Below are positions 10,476 to 18,362 of a stretch of 64,000 bases of DNA, piece by piece (position 1 is the first letter of the stretch; every line of letters starts with the position of its first letter). The notes under the pieces were generated by a model. That model searched no databases. It was given only the letters and a program-made list of their open reading frames with translations, and was not told the origin of the DNA. The translations under genes were made by a program, and so were the position numbers. The DNA is from a bacterium (GTDB lineage Bacteria; UBA10199; 2-02-FULL-44-16; JAAZCA01). The DNA lies in NCBI GenBank assembly GCA_963674695.2, contig CAXXGI010000003.1, positions 768,001 to 832,000 on the forward strand. Direction: 5' to 3'.

Positions 10476-12537
10476 AATAGCGTTCAAAATATTCCTTGAG
10501 CATACGACGTGTCGTGAACTCGGGCGAGAGCGAAACGATGGCCTGTTTCATCTGCTGGGTCCATCCCCGCGGCACATCATCAGCATCGCGTTCGGAATAG
10601 AGCGGCGCCACCTCTTTTTCCAGAAGCGTATAGATGCGCTCAGCCACATCCTTCTCCGAATCCTTGGCCCGCTCCTCGATCCCCCAGCCATGCGACGGCT
10701 CGCAGCCTTCGTCCCACCATCCATCGAGGACGCTCAGGTTGAGCACACCGTTGATGGCGGCCTTCTGCCCTGATGTTCCCGATGCCTCGAGCGGCTTGAT
10801 CGGGTTATTGAGCCAGACATCGACCCCCTGCACCAGATACGACGCGAGATCCATATCGTATCCTTCGACGAGATAAACCCGCCCCGCGAATGCCTTCTTC
10901 TGCGCAATCTCGTTGACGCGCGCGATAAACTTCTGCCCCTCGCGATCGGCCGGATGGCTCTTCCCCGCCATGATGATCTGGACGGGACAACGGGCATTCC
11001 CCAGGATACGCGCCAGGCGCTTCAGATCACGGAAGACGAGCGTCGCGCGCTTATATCCGGTGAAGCGTCGCGCAAAGCCGATGGTCAGCGCATTTGGATC
11101 GAGAAACCCATCCACCTGCTCGATCACCGCGCGCGGCGCGCCTTCGCGCATGAGCCATTGGCGCCGACGACGCCGCAGCTCATCGATGAGACGCTTTTTC
11201 AGCTGCGTATGAATCGACCAGAGCTTGGCATCGTCGATGCGGCTGGCATCCCAGCGAGCGCCATCGTCGAGATGCTCTTCGATGTCCGCGCCAAACGCCT
11301 CGCGATTGGCGGCACGAAGTTCACGGGCCACCCAGGTGGGATAGTGCACGCCGTTGGTCACGTATCCGATCGGCACGTCGTTCTGTTTTAATTTTGGATA
11401 GAGCTTCTTCCACATCTTCCGGGAGACCTCCCCATGCAGGCGGGAGACGCCATTGGCAGCGCCCGAAAGGGCCAGTGCCACGATGGAGAGACAAAATCCC
11501 GAGACCTCTTTCGGTCCGCCCGCGCCCAACTTCAAAAACGCCTCCGGCGTCATGCCGAGTGCATCGATGAGTTCGCGCAGATGCGTCGCGACGAGCTTGG
11601 GATCGAACGCCTCGTTCCCGGCCGGGACCGGCGTATGGGTCGTAAAGAGGATGTGGGGCTTGAGCGCAGCCATCGCCTTGGCGCAATCGATGCCTTCTGC
11701 CGCCATGGTCTGGCGCGCCCATTCGAGGGCGGCGAAGACGCAGTGCCCTTCATTGAGATGCAGGGCCCGCACATCATGCCCCAACTCCTGCAACAAGCGC
11801 CATCCGCCGACGCCGAGGAGCATCTCCTGTTCCAGGCGCATCGTCCGATCGGCACAATAGAGGCGCGCGGTGAGTCGCCGGTCGATTTCGTCATTTTCGG
11901 GAATGTCCGCATCGAGCAGATACATCTGCACATTGCCGACGAGCGCCTTCCACGCACAGGCCGAAATGGTGCGCCCTCCGACATCGACGGAGACGATCAG
12001 CGGCGATCCATCCGGACGCGCCACCCGCTCCAGCGGACGCTTGCTCGCGTTCATGTGGGGAAAATCGGCGACCTGCTCGCCGAAGGCATTGATGCGCTGC
12101 TGAAAATATCCTTCAGGATAATAGAGGCCGACCGCGACGAACGGCAGCCCCATGTCGGAGGCTTCTTTGACATGATCGCCGGCGAGCACGCCCAGCCCCC
12201 CGGAATAGATCGGAAGGCTCGTATCGACCCCAAACTCAGCGCAGAAATAGGCGATCTCGCCGGGGGCCTTGGAGGCGCGTTTGCCAAACCAGCGCGGGGC
12301 GCTCTTGTAGGACTCGAGCAGCCCAAAGGCCTTCTCGAGGCGGGCAGCCAGGGCAGGATCTGCCTGAACCCGCTTGGCCTCCTGCTCGGTCAAACCCTCG
12401 CGAAGGGCAACGCCGCCGGATCCATCGCCCTTGTCCAGCAGGGCATCGATATCCGCGAAGAGCGTGCGTCCATCCATCGGGAGCCAACACCAGACAAAAT
12501 TTGATCGGAGCTCATCGAATTGATCTCGAAATTCCAC
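10453..12537 (-). CDS. glgP: Alpha-glucan phosphorylase
   Basis: YSGGLGVLAGDH, HLNEGH, FTTHTPVPAG, TNGVH, FARRF..YKR, PLP motif EASGTSGQK. Confidence 0.95.
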   Translation of the reverse strand: MEFRDQFDELRSNFVWCWLPMDGRTLFADIDALLDKGDGSGGVALREGLTEQEAKRVQADPALAARLEKAFGLLESYKSAPRWFGKRASKAPGEIAYFCAEFGVDTSLPIYSGGLGVLAGDHVKEASDMGLPFVAVGLYYPEGYFQQRINAFGEQVADFPHMNASKRPLERVARPDGSPLIVSVDVGGRTISACAWKALVGNVQMYLLDADIPENDEIDRRLTARLYCADRTMRLEQEMLLGVGGWRLLQELGHDVRALHLNEGHCVFAALEWARQTMAAEGIDCAKAMAALKPHILFTTHTPVPAGNEAFDPKLVATHLRELIDALGMTPEAFLKLGAGGPKEVSGFCLSIVALALSGAANGVSRLHGEVSRKMWKKLYPKLKQNDVPIGYVTNGVHYPTWVARELRAANREAFGADIEEHLDDGARWDASRIDDAKLWSIHTQLKKRLIDELRRRRRQWLMREGAPRAVIEQVDGFLDPNALTIGFARRFTGYKRATLVFRDLKRLARILGNARCPVQIIMAGKSHPADREGQKFIARVNEIAQKKAFAGRVYLVEGYDMDLASYLVQGVDVWLNNPIKPLEASGTSGQKAAINGVLNLSVLDGWWDEGCEPSHGWGIEERAKDSEKDVAERIYTLLEKEVAPLYSERDADDVPRGWTQQMKQAIVSLSPEFTTRRMLKEYFERYYEKALTS

Positions 12538-12657
12538 CGCGAATTCCCCTTATCCCCTTGAAATTAAAGGATTTTTTTAGTTCTTTCGGCAAAGTAGGCG
12601 ATGTATATCGGAAAGCGCGTGTGATATCAAGCACCTTGTCAGAATATCGCCGCAGGC

Positions 12658-14154
12658 TCAGTCGACGCGTCCGGTAGCCGCGCTCAACCGGCGCAAACGT
12701 CGTGCCAGTGAGGCTGTCATCAATCCTGATCGTACGCGCCAGGCCCAGTTCCCCTTCGCACTCCCGGGAAGATTCATGCGATCGGAGGCACCGAGCGAGA
12801 GGACATCCTGCATGGGGACGATCACCCGCTCGGCAACGGACTGCATGCCGAGATGGATGAGCGTCCAACTCACATCGCGTGACGTGACGGCGCGTCCACA
12901 ATAGCGGTCGAGTCGGCCACGTTCAGCGGCCTTGGCCTCTCGATCGAACCATCCGCGAACGGTGTTGGTATCGTGTGTCCCGGCATAGGCGACCGTCCGC
13001 GGAGAAAAAGCGTGCGGCGCATAGGGGTTGGTACGCGCATCCCCACCGAAGCCGAAGAGGATCGGCCGCATGCCGGGAAGATGAAGTCGTTCCATCGCAT
13101 CGCGCACATCGTCGGTGATCACACCCAGATCTTCAGCGATGAGATTGAGCTTCGGAAAACGTTTCTGCACGCGCGTGAAGAAATCGAGCGCAGGTGCCTT
13201 TACCCATCTTCCACGCAGGGCCGTCTTGTGCGTGGCGGGCACCGACCAGTAGCCGACAAACCCTCGAAAGTGATCGATGCGCAACACGTCGCAACAGGCC
13301 GCATTGCGCTCGATGCGCTGCATCCACCAACGGTAGTTGCGCGCGCGCATCACGTCCCACCGGTAGAGCGGATTGCCCCAGAGCTGACCGGTCTTGCTGA
13401 AATAATCCGGAGGCACGCCGGACACCGCACGCGGCCAGCCATCCTTTCGCAGTTGAAAGAGATCGCGATGACACCAGACATCGCTGCTATCGTGATTCAC
13501 ATAGATGGGCAGATCGCCAACGATCTGGATGCCACGCTTGGCACAGGCACGCCGCAGGTCCGTCCACTGGCGCTCGACCAGAAACTGGCAGAAGGCGTGA
13601 AAGTCGATCACATCCCGAAACTCCCGGCGCGCCTCGGTGAGCGCCTTCGGCTCACGATCGCGCAGGGGCTTGGGCCAATCCACCCAGGAACGCCCCTGAT
13701 GGAATTCACGCAGCGCCATAAAGAGGGCATAATCCTCCAACCACGCACGCTGTTTCCGACGATAGCGATCGAAGGAGACGCTGCGCGAACGGTTCTGAAA
13801 GGCCCGCTCGAGCAATGCGCGTTTCACCTTCACCGCACGCGCAAAATCGATGCGACTCTTCTCCGGAAGGCGACAGGCCGCCAGATCACGCCGGGTCAAG
13901 AGGCCTTCATCGACAAGACGCTCCGGACTGATGATGAGCGGATTGATGGCAAAGGCCGACGGCGAGCTATACGGAGAATTCCCCCAGGCCATCTCGGTGG
14001 GGGTGAGCGGCAGGATCTGCCAAAGATGCTGGCCGGCTTTTTGCATCCAATCGATAAAACGATAGGCCCCCGGCCCCAGGTCGCCGATGCCGAACGGCGA
14101 AGGGAGCGAGGTGACGTGCATAAGGATTCCGCTGGTGCGTTTGTTGTTCATCAT
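12658..14154 (-). CDS. malQ: 4-alpha-glucanotransferase (amylomaltase, GH77)
   Basis: SGIL.H.TSLP, GVPPDYFS.TGQLWGNP, RIDHFRG, AEDLG, GTHD, RMNLPG. Confidence 0.96.
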   Translation of the reverse strand: MMNNKRTSGILMHVTSLPSPFGIGDLGPGAYRFIDWMQKAGQHLWQILPLTPTEMAWGNSPYSSPSAFAINPLIISPERLVDEGLLTRRDLAACRLPEKSRIDFARAVKVKRALLERAFQNRSRSVSFDRYRRKQRAWLEDYALFMALREFHQGRSWVDWPKPLRDREPKALTEARREFRDVIDFHAFCQFLVERQWTDLRRACAKRGIQIVGDLPIYVNHDSSDVWCHRDLFQLRKDGWPRAVSGVPPDYFSKTGQLWGNPLYRWDVMRARNYRWWMQRIERNAACCDVLRIDHFRGFVGYWSVPATHKTALRGRWVKAPALDFFTRVQKRFPKLNLIAEDLGVITDDVRDAMERLHLPGMRPILFGFGGDARTNPYAPHAFSPRTVAYAGTHDTNTVRGWFDREAKAAERGRLDRYCGRAVTSRDVSWTLIHLGMQSVAERVIVPMQDVLSLGASDRMNLPGSAKGNWAWRVRSGLMTASLARRLRRLSAATGRVD

Positions 14155-14171
14155 GAGCTGCCTCTTTCTTG

Positions 14172-14254
14172 TCTCATCGTCCGGTAGGGTGTCTTGAGGG
14201 GATCTCTTCTTTCATCGCGATCGAAGCCTCAAGACACCCTACCGGACGATGAGA
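14172..14254. repeat. Perfect 28-bp inverted repeat containing GTAG (REP/REPIN-like)
   Basis: TCTCATCGTCCGGTAGGGTGTCTTGAGG (14172-14199) and its exact reverse complement (14227-14254). Confidence 0.85.
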
Positions 14255-16149
14255 TCATGGGTCTTTGTTGCACACTCCGACACGACAAACACGCCCGTGG
14301 CATATGGGGCGATCTGCCATTTTGTCTTCGCCGATGTCCCCTGCTCGCCCGCGATGATCCGGCCATCGCGCACGGTAATCGCCTCGATACCTGCACCTCC
14401 GGGGATGTCGTTCAATATATTCTGATACGTCCCATCCGGAAGCGAGGTCGCGATCGCGTTGCGGATCGTGGCCTCGCGGCCCGAGGCATTTACAACAATG
14501 AGCACGCGCGCGTCATCGAAGGCGCGCTCGGCGATCACAACGCCCCAGTCGCGGCGGCGCCCATCTTTGCCGACGACGAGCGGCGCGTAGCTCCCTTTCC
14601 AGATCGCTGGGTTTGCACGACGCAGGCGCGCGAGTTTCGCAATCGTCGCGTACTCGGGGGTCGTGCGGGCCGCCTGCATGCGCTCCGCTCCCATGAAGGC
14701 GCGCGTCTTGTCGAGCCAGCCCGCATCGTGCATGTTCTCGAGGCGTCCGCCCTCGTCACCATAGAAGACGAGCGGCACGCGAGGACCGGTCATGAGCAGC
14801 GTGAGCAGCACACGTTTAAGCGGCGGGTTGCCGTCGGCCAAACGATCGAAATCGTGGCTGCCGATGAATCCGATCAGGATGGAGCGATCCTCATTCGGAG
14901 GCGCCCTCCACCAATCGGCGAGATCCCCGAACCCCTTGCGCTTCTTCACGCCATTAGCGACGGAAGCAAAGTGGCGATAGGTATTGTAGTCATAGTTCGT
15001 GAGCCGCCGTGCGTGAAAGGCCTTCGAAAAACCAACGGTTCGCTTCTCCTTCCAGCCGCGCATGCTCGGGTCATCGGCCTGCTCCGGATCGAAGACGTGG
15101 GGTGCAGTCGTGATGATCTCGGGGAGAAATCCCGTGTGATAGAGCCCATGTCCCGCCTCGAGCGCGTCCATCACCTGCAACGTGAACTGCGGCGGCACCA
15201 TGGTCGTCGCGTCGAAGCGAATCATGCGGATGGCACCGCCGGAGGCGCGCATCCAGTATTGGGCCGCGCGAATGATATAGGCGCCAATCGATCGCTGATC
15301 GCGGTTCCAGTTCGTGTCGGCCAGGTTGAAGTCGGCCAGACCGCTGGGCTGAGAGATCCCATCCACCACACAGGGCGGCGGCGGCCAGCTCTTGCCGTCG
15401 TTAGCGGGAAAGACCACGCGATGTCCATCGATGCCCTCCACCGTCTCACCTGTACTCGTATACCCCACGCCCCAGAGGGCATCGGGCTGGTCGTTTTCAA
15501 AGCTATAGAACCCCTTTGTCGGTGCCGTGAAGTTCCTGCCCCCACGCGGTTCGTCGAGCATCGCAAAGCGCATGCGCCCGCGCTCGAGCACGCGACCCAG
15601 CCCCGCTGGATTACAGCGCGCGCTCGAATGATTGTAGACCAGGTCCATGATCAGGCCGATGTTCTGGCGTTTGAGCAAGCGACTGGCGCGCCAGAAATCG
15701 GCCATCGTTCCGAAGCGCGGATCGAGGCGAAACCAGTCTTCGGGATGATAGCCGTGATAGGCCGATGCCGGAAAGATGTCCGGATCGTAATAGGTGTTCT
15801 GTTGGAAGGGGGTCAGGTGCAGCGCCCCGATGCCGAGATCGCGTAGAAAGTCCTCGTCGAGCGCGTCGGCGATCCCTTTGAAATCACCGCCCCAGAAGCG
15901 ATAGGGATCGGTGTGTGCGGGATCGTGCTCACTCTTCGACGATGAAGAGGATACGTACCGTCGTCGCGTCTCATCATAGATGCGATCATAGGGGGTGGTG
16001 CGACCATCGCGAAAGCGATCGACCATGACCGAATAGATCGTGCGACGACGAATGTCGTCCGGCGCGCGCGTGGCGGCAACACTTGCGCCTGAAACAGAGA
16101 GAACCACCAGCAAAGTGATCAGCGCCGCCCCCCTCTTCCTCCAACCCAT
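14239..16149 (-). CDS. Secreted GH13 alpha-amylase-family enzyme
   Basis: Sec signal peptide; DRF.DG, GGDFKG, YHGY, DLVYNH, RFDA (nucleophile), PE (acid/base), SHD. Confidence 0.88.
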   Translation of the reverse strand: MGWRKRGAALITLLVVLSVSGASVAATRAPDDIRRRTIYSVMVDRFRDGRTTPYDRIYDETRRRYVSSSSSKSEHDPAHTDPYRFWGGDFKGIADALDEDFLRDLGIGALHLTPFQQNTYYDPDIFPASAYHGYHPEDWFRLDPRFGTMADFWRASRLLKRQNIGLIMDLVYNHSSARCNPAGLGRVLERGRMRFAMLDEPRGGRNFTAPTKGFYSFENDQPDALWGVGYTSTGETVEGIDGHRVVFPANDGKSWPPPPCVVDGISQPSGLADFNLADTNWNRDQRSIGAYIIRAAQYWMRASGGAIRMIRFDATTMVPPQFTLQVMDALEAGHGLYHTGFLPEIITTAPHVFDPEQADDPSMRGWKEKRTVGFSKAFHARRLTNYDYNTYRHFASVANGVKKRKGFGDLADWWRAPPNEDRSILIGFIGSHDFDRLADGNPPLKRVLLTLLMTGPRVPLVFYGDEGGRLENMHDAGWLDKTRAFMGAERMQAARTTPEYATIAKLARLRRANPAIWKGSYAPLVVGKDGRRRDWGVVIAERAFDDARVLIVVNASGREATIRNAIATSLPDGTYQNILNDIPGGAGIEAITVRDGRIIAGEQGTSAKTKWQIAPYATGVFVVSECATKTHDLIVR

Positions 16150-16189
16150 CGTTCCTCCTCTGTTGCATCACGCGGGAATGACACGCGCA

Positions 16190-16228
16190 TAAAAAAACCG
16201 CTGATCCGATAGGCATCGAATCAGCGGC
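16190..16228 (-). terminator. Intrinsic terminator after the glgA-like gene
   Basis: Minus strand GCCGCTGATTCGAT-gcct-ATCGGATCAGCGGT followed by a T run. Confidence 0.75.
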
Positions 16229-16254
16229 TCTCTTCTCTATTTTTTGCTCTGCCG

Positions 16255-17979
16255 TCAACGAGGAATCTCTATCGCCGAACTGGCCAACAGGCGTTCGTAG
16301 TTCTTCAAATAGTCCCGCGCGCTGCGATCCCAGCTCATGTCCTTGGTCATCATATTGTGCATGATCCGCGCCCGGTGCTGGGGATCCTTCCAGACCCTGA
16401 GGCCCGAAGCGATGGCCGCCAGCAAACCCGCCGGCTTCATCTCCGGCATCAGGAACCCACGCCCTTTTCCCGTGCGGCGACTGAAGGGACTGACGGTATC
16501 GACATGCCCCCCGCGTGCAGAGACGATCGGGATCGCCCCGTACTTCAGCGCATAGAGCACGGTGATCTCGCAGGGCGCCCACCGGGCGGGATTGGCAAAG
16601 AGATCCGCACCAGCGAAGAGCTCGTGCCGCCGCGTCGTATCGAAGGTGATTGCCGGATTCGTTTCGACACCCACCATACCGCGGCCTTTCTTCACCCACT
16701 TGGCCACCATGTCTTTATGGTCCTCATCCGGCGCACCCAGGGTGATGACGGCGATATTGCGTCGAACGATCTCGGGCAGCGCCGCGTCGATCAGGTCGAT
16801 CCCCTTCTGTTCGGTCAGCCTCGCATGGACGGCGAGGATCGGCGTGTCCGCCCCGATCTTCAATCCGTACCGCTCGATGAGCATCCGGCGACACTCGGAT
16901 TTTCCCGCCATATCCGCTGCCGAATAGTTCCGGGCGATGAAGGGATCAGTCGAGGGATCCCACTCGGCACCCAATCCGTTGACGACACCGGAGAGACGTC
17001 CCTTATTGTTGAGTCGCTCATACTCCGCTTCGAGTCCATTACCAAACTGAGCGGTCAGCAACTCCTTGGCATAATGAAGGCTCACGGCCGAGGCATAGTC
17101 CGTATGATGCACGCCCGCCCGCAGATAGTTCGCATTGCCGTGATTATCGAGAAAGCTGGTGACATCGATACGGTCTCCATCCAGATGGAGCTGTTTGATG
17201 ATGTGCGCCGGGTGGATACCCTGGTAGGCCGCGTTGTGAACGGAGAGATACGTCCGCGCGCCCTCGAAGACCCCCCACCCCTTCTTGACGACCGGAACGA
17301 GCCCGCCGGTCCAGTCGTGGGCATGGATGATGTGTGGGTTCATGCCCAAGGCCCCCATCGTGGTGAGCGCAGCGGCCGCCAGGAAGGCGAACCGCTCGCC
17401 GGCGGCATAGTGGTTGTCCCATCCCGTGTCTTGCGGTTTCGGCTTCACCATTCTCCGGAACATCGCACGAATGCCCTTTGCCGAAGGCGGCGTCATGGGC
17501 GTGTCATAAACGCTGTAGATATCCTTGCCCTTGAAATAGCGATCCGCCTCGATGAAGATCGTCCGAACATCGGGGCCGTTTTCAACAGGAAGGATCTTTT
17601 CCCAAAGCTGGGCCTCGACCGTTCCCCCATCGAAACCAAAGGGAACTGTAACGGTCTCGTCCATCTGCCGAAGACCATGTTTTTCAACGTCGATCTCGCC
17701 GCTTTCCGCTTTATAGAGCGGCATGATCACCGTATTCTTCACACCGCCGACACGAGCCAGCGCCGGAGGAAGATTGCACGCCACATCTCCAAGTCCGCCG
17801 CGAAAGACGAAGGGATCCATCTCCGGAACAACATGCACGACCTCGAGCGGATCGGCGCCGTACTCGACGCCCCCACCATCCAGGGCCCCCATGCCACCGC
17901 CGCCATCGAGACCGCCTGGGGTTCCACCAGGACTCAAAAACATCCCTGGACCTGCACCTGTTCCGAGGATTCCACTCAT
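16255..17979 (-). CDS. glgA: Glycogen synthase (GT5) homologue with Gly-rich N-terminal extension and altered active-site motifs
   Basis: GGLGDV, HAHDW, HN..YQG, RL..QKG and YG..P motifs present; KTGG reads FRGG and SRFEPCGL reads ARWAPCEI. Confidence 0.85.
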   Translation of the reverse strand: MSGILGTGAGPGMFLSPGGTPGGLDGGGGMGALDGGGVEYGADPLEVVHVVPEMDPFVFRGGLGDVACNLPPALARVGGVKNTVIMPLYKAESGEIDVEKHGLRQMDETVTVPFGFDGGTVEAQLWEKILPVENGPDVRTIFIEADRYFKGKDIYSVYDTPMTPPSAKGIRAMFRRMVKPKPQDTGWDNHYAAGERFAFLAAAALTTMGALGMNPHIIHAHDWTGGLVPVVKKGWGVFEGARTYLSVHNAAYQGIHPAHIIKQLHLDGDRIDVTSFLDNHGNANYLRAGVHHTDYASAVSLHYAKELLTAQFGNGLEAEYERLNNKGRLSGVVNGLGAEWDPSTDPFIARNYSAADMAGKSECRRMLIERYGLKIGADTPILAVHARLTEQKGIDLIDAALPEIVRRNIAVITLGAPDEDHKDMVAKWVKKGRGMVGVETNPAITFDTTRRHELFAGADLFANPARWAPCEITVLYALKYGAIPIVSARGGHVDTVSPFSRRTGKGRGFLMPEMKPAGLLAAIASGLRVWKDPQHRARIMHNMMTKDMSWDRSARDYLKNYERLLASSAIEIPR

Positions 17980-18099
17980 AATGCGTCTCCCTTCGTGTCG
18001 TTTGAGATCCCGGTATTCCAGGATCTCCCGTCGCCGTCAATAGATTCGCCCGACCATCGTGCTCAATGCAGCAACAGATGTTTTCACTGCTCGCCCCCT

Positions 18100-18126
18100 G
18101 TTTCGGCGATCTGCAAAATTAGTTGC
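18100..18126 (-). promoter_or_regulatory. Shared alternative-sigma promoter-like motif (copy 1, glgA-like gene)
   Basis: GCAACTAA-N11-GCCGAAAC. Confidence 0.6.
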
Positions 18127-18163
18127 GTGAAAAATTATGCAGATAGACTTGTCTCTTGAATAA

Positions 18164-18192
18164 TCGAGATTCCCGCCTTCGCGGGAATGACA
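18164..18192. repeat. dRS3-like palindrome (single unit)
   Basis: TCGAGATTCCCGCCTTCGCGGGAATGACA = ATTCCC-N8-GGGAAT core. Confidence 0.85.
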
Positions 18193-18311
18193 AAAACCAG
18201 CAAAGCCAGCATTTCACGACAGGTTCTCTGTATCGAGCAAAGACGCCATCCTATTGATAGTATTGCACTATTTTACCCCCCCTTGAACAGCTTATGCCTT
18301 GAAAATACCGC

Positions 18312-18338
18312 GAAACATTTTCCCCATCCTGCCGATAG
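18312..18338 (+). promoter_or_regulatory. Shared promoter-like motif (copy 2)
   Basis: GAAACATT-N11-GCCGATAG, followed by AGGAGG RBS. Confidence 0.6.
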
Positions 18339-18362
18339 TCTTAATAGGAGGCCTCCATCTCC

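Noticed and set aside
14194-18159. Long antisense ORFs (14194..15846, 16357..18159; also 27034..28335, 43648..45159, 45150..46664, 60665..62470)
   Set aside because: They shadow well-supported genes on the opposite strand, which is expected in GC-rich DNA, and show no recognisable motifs.
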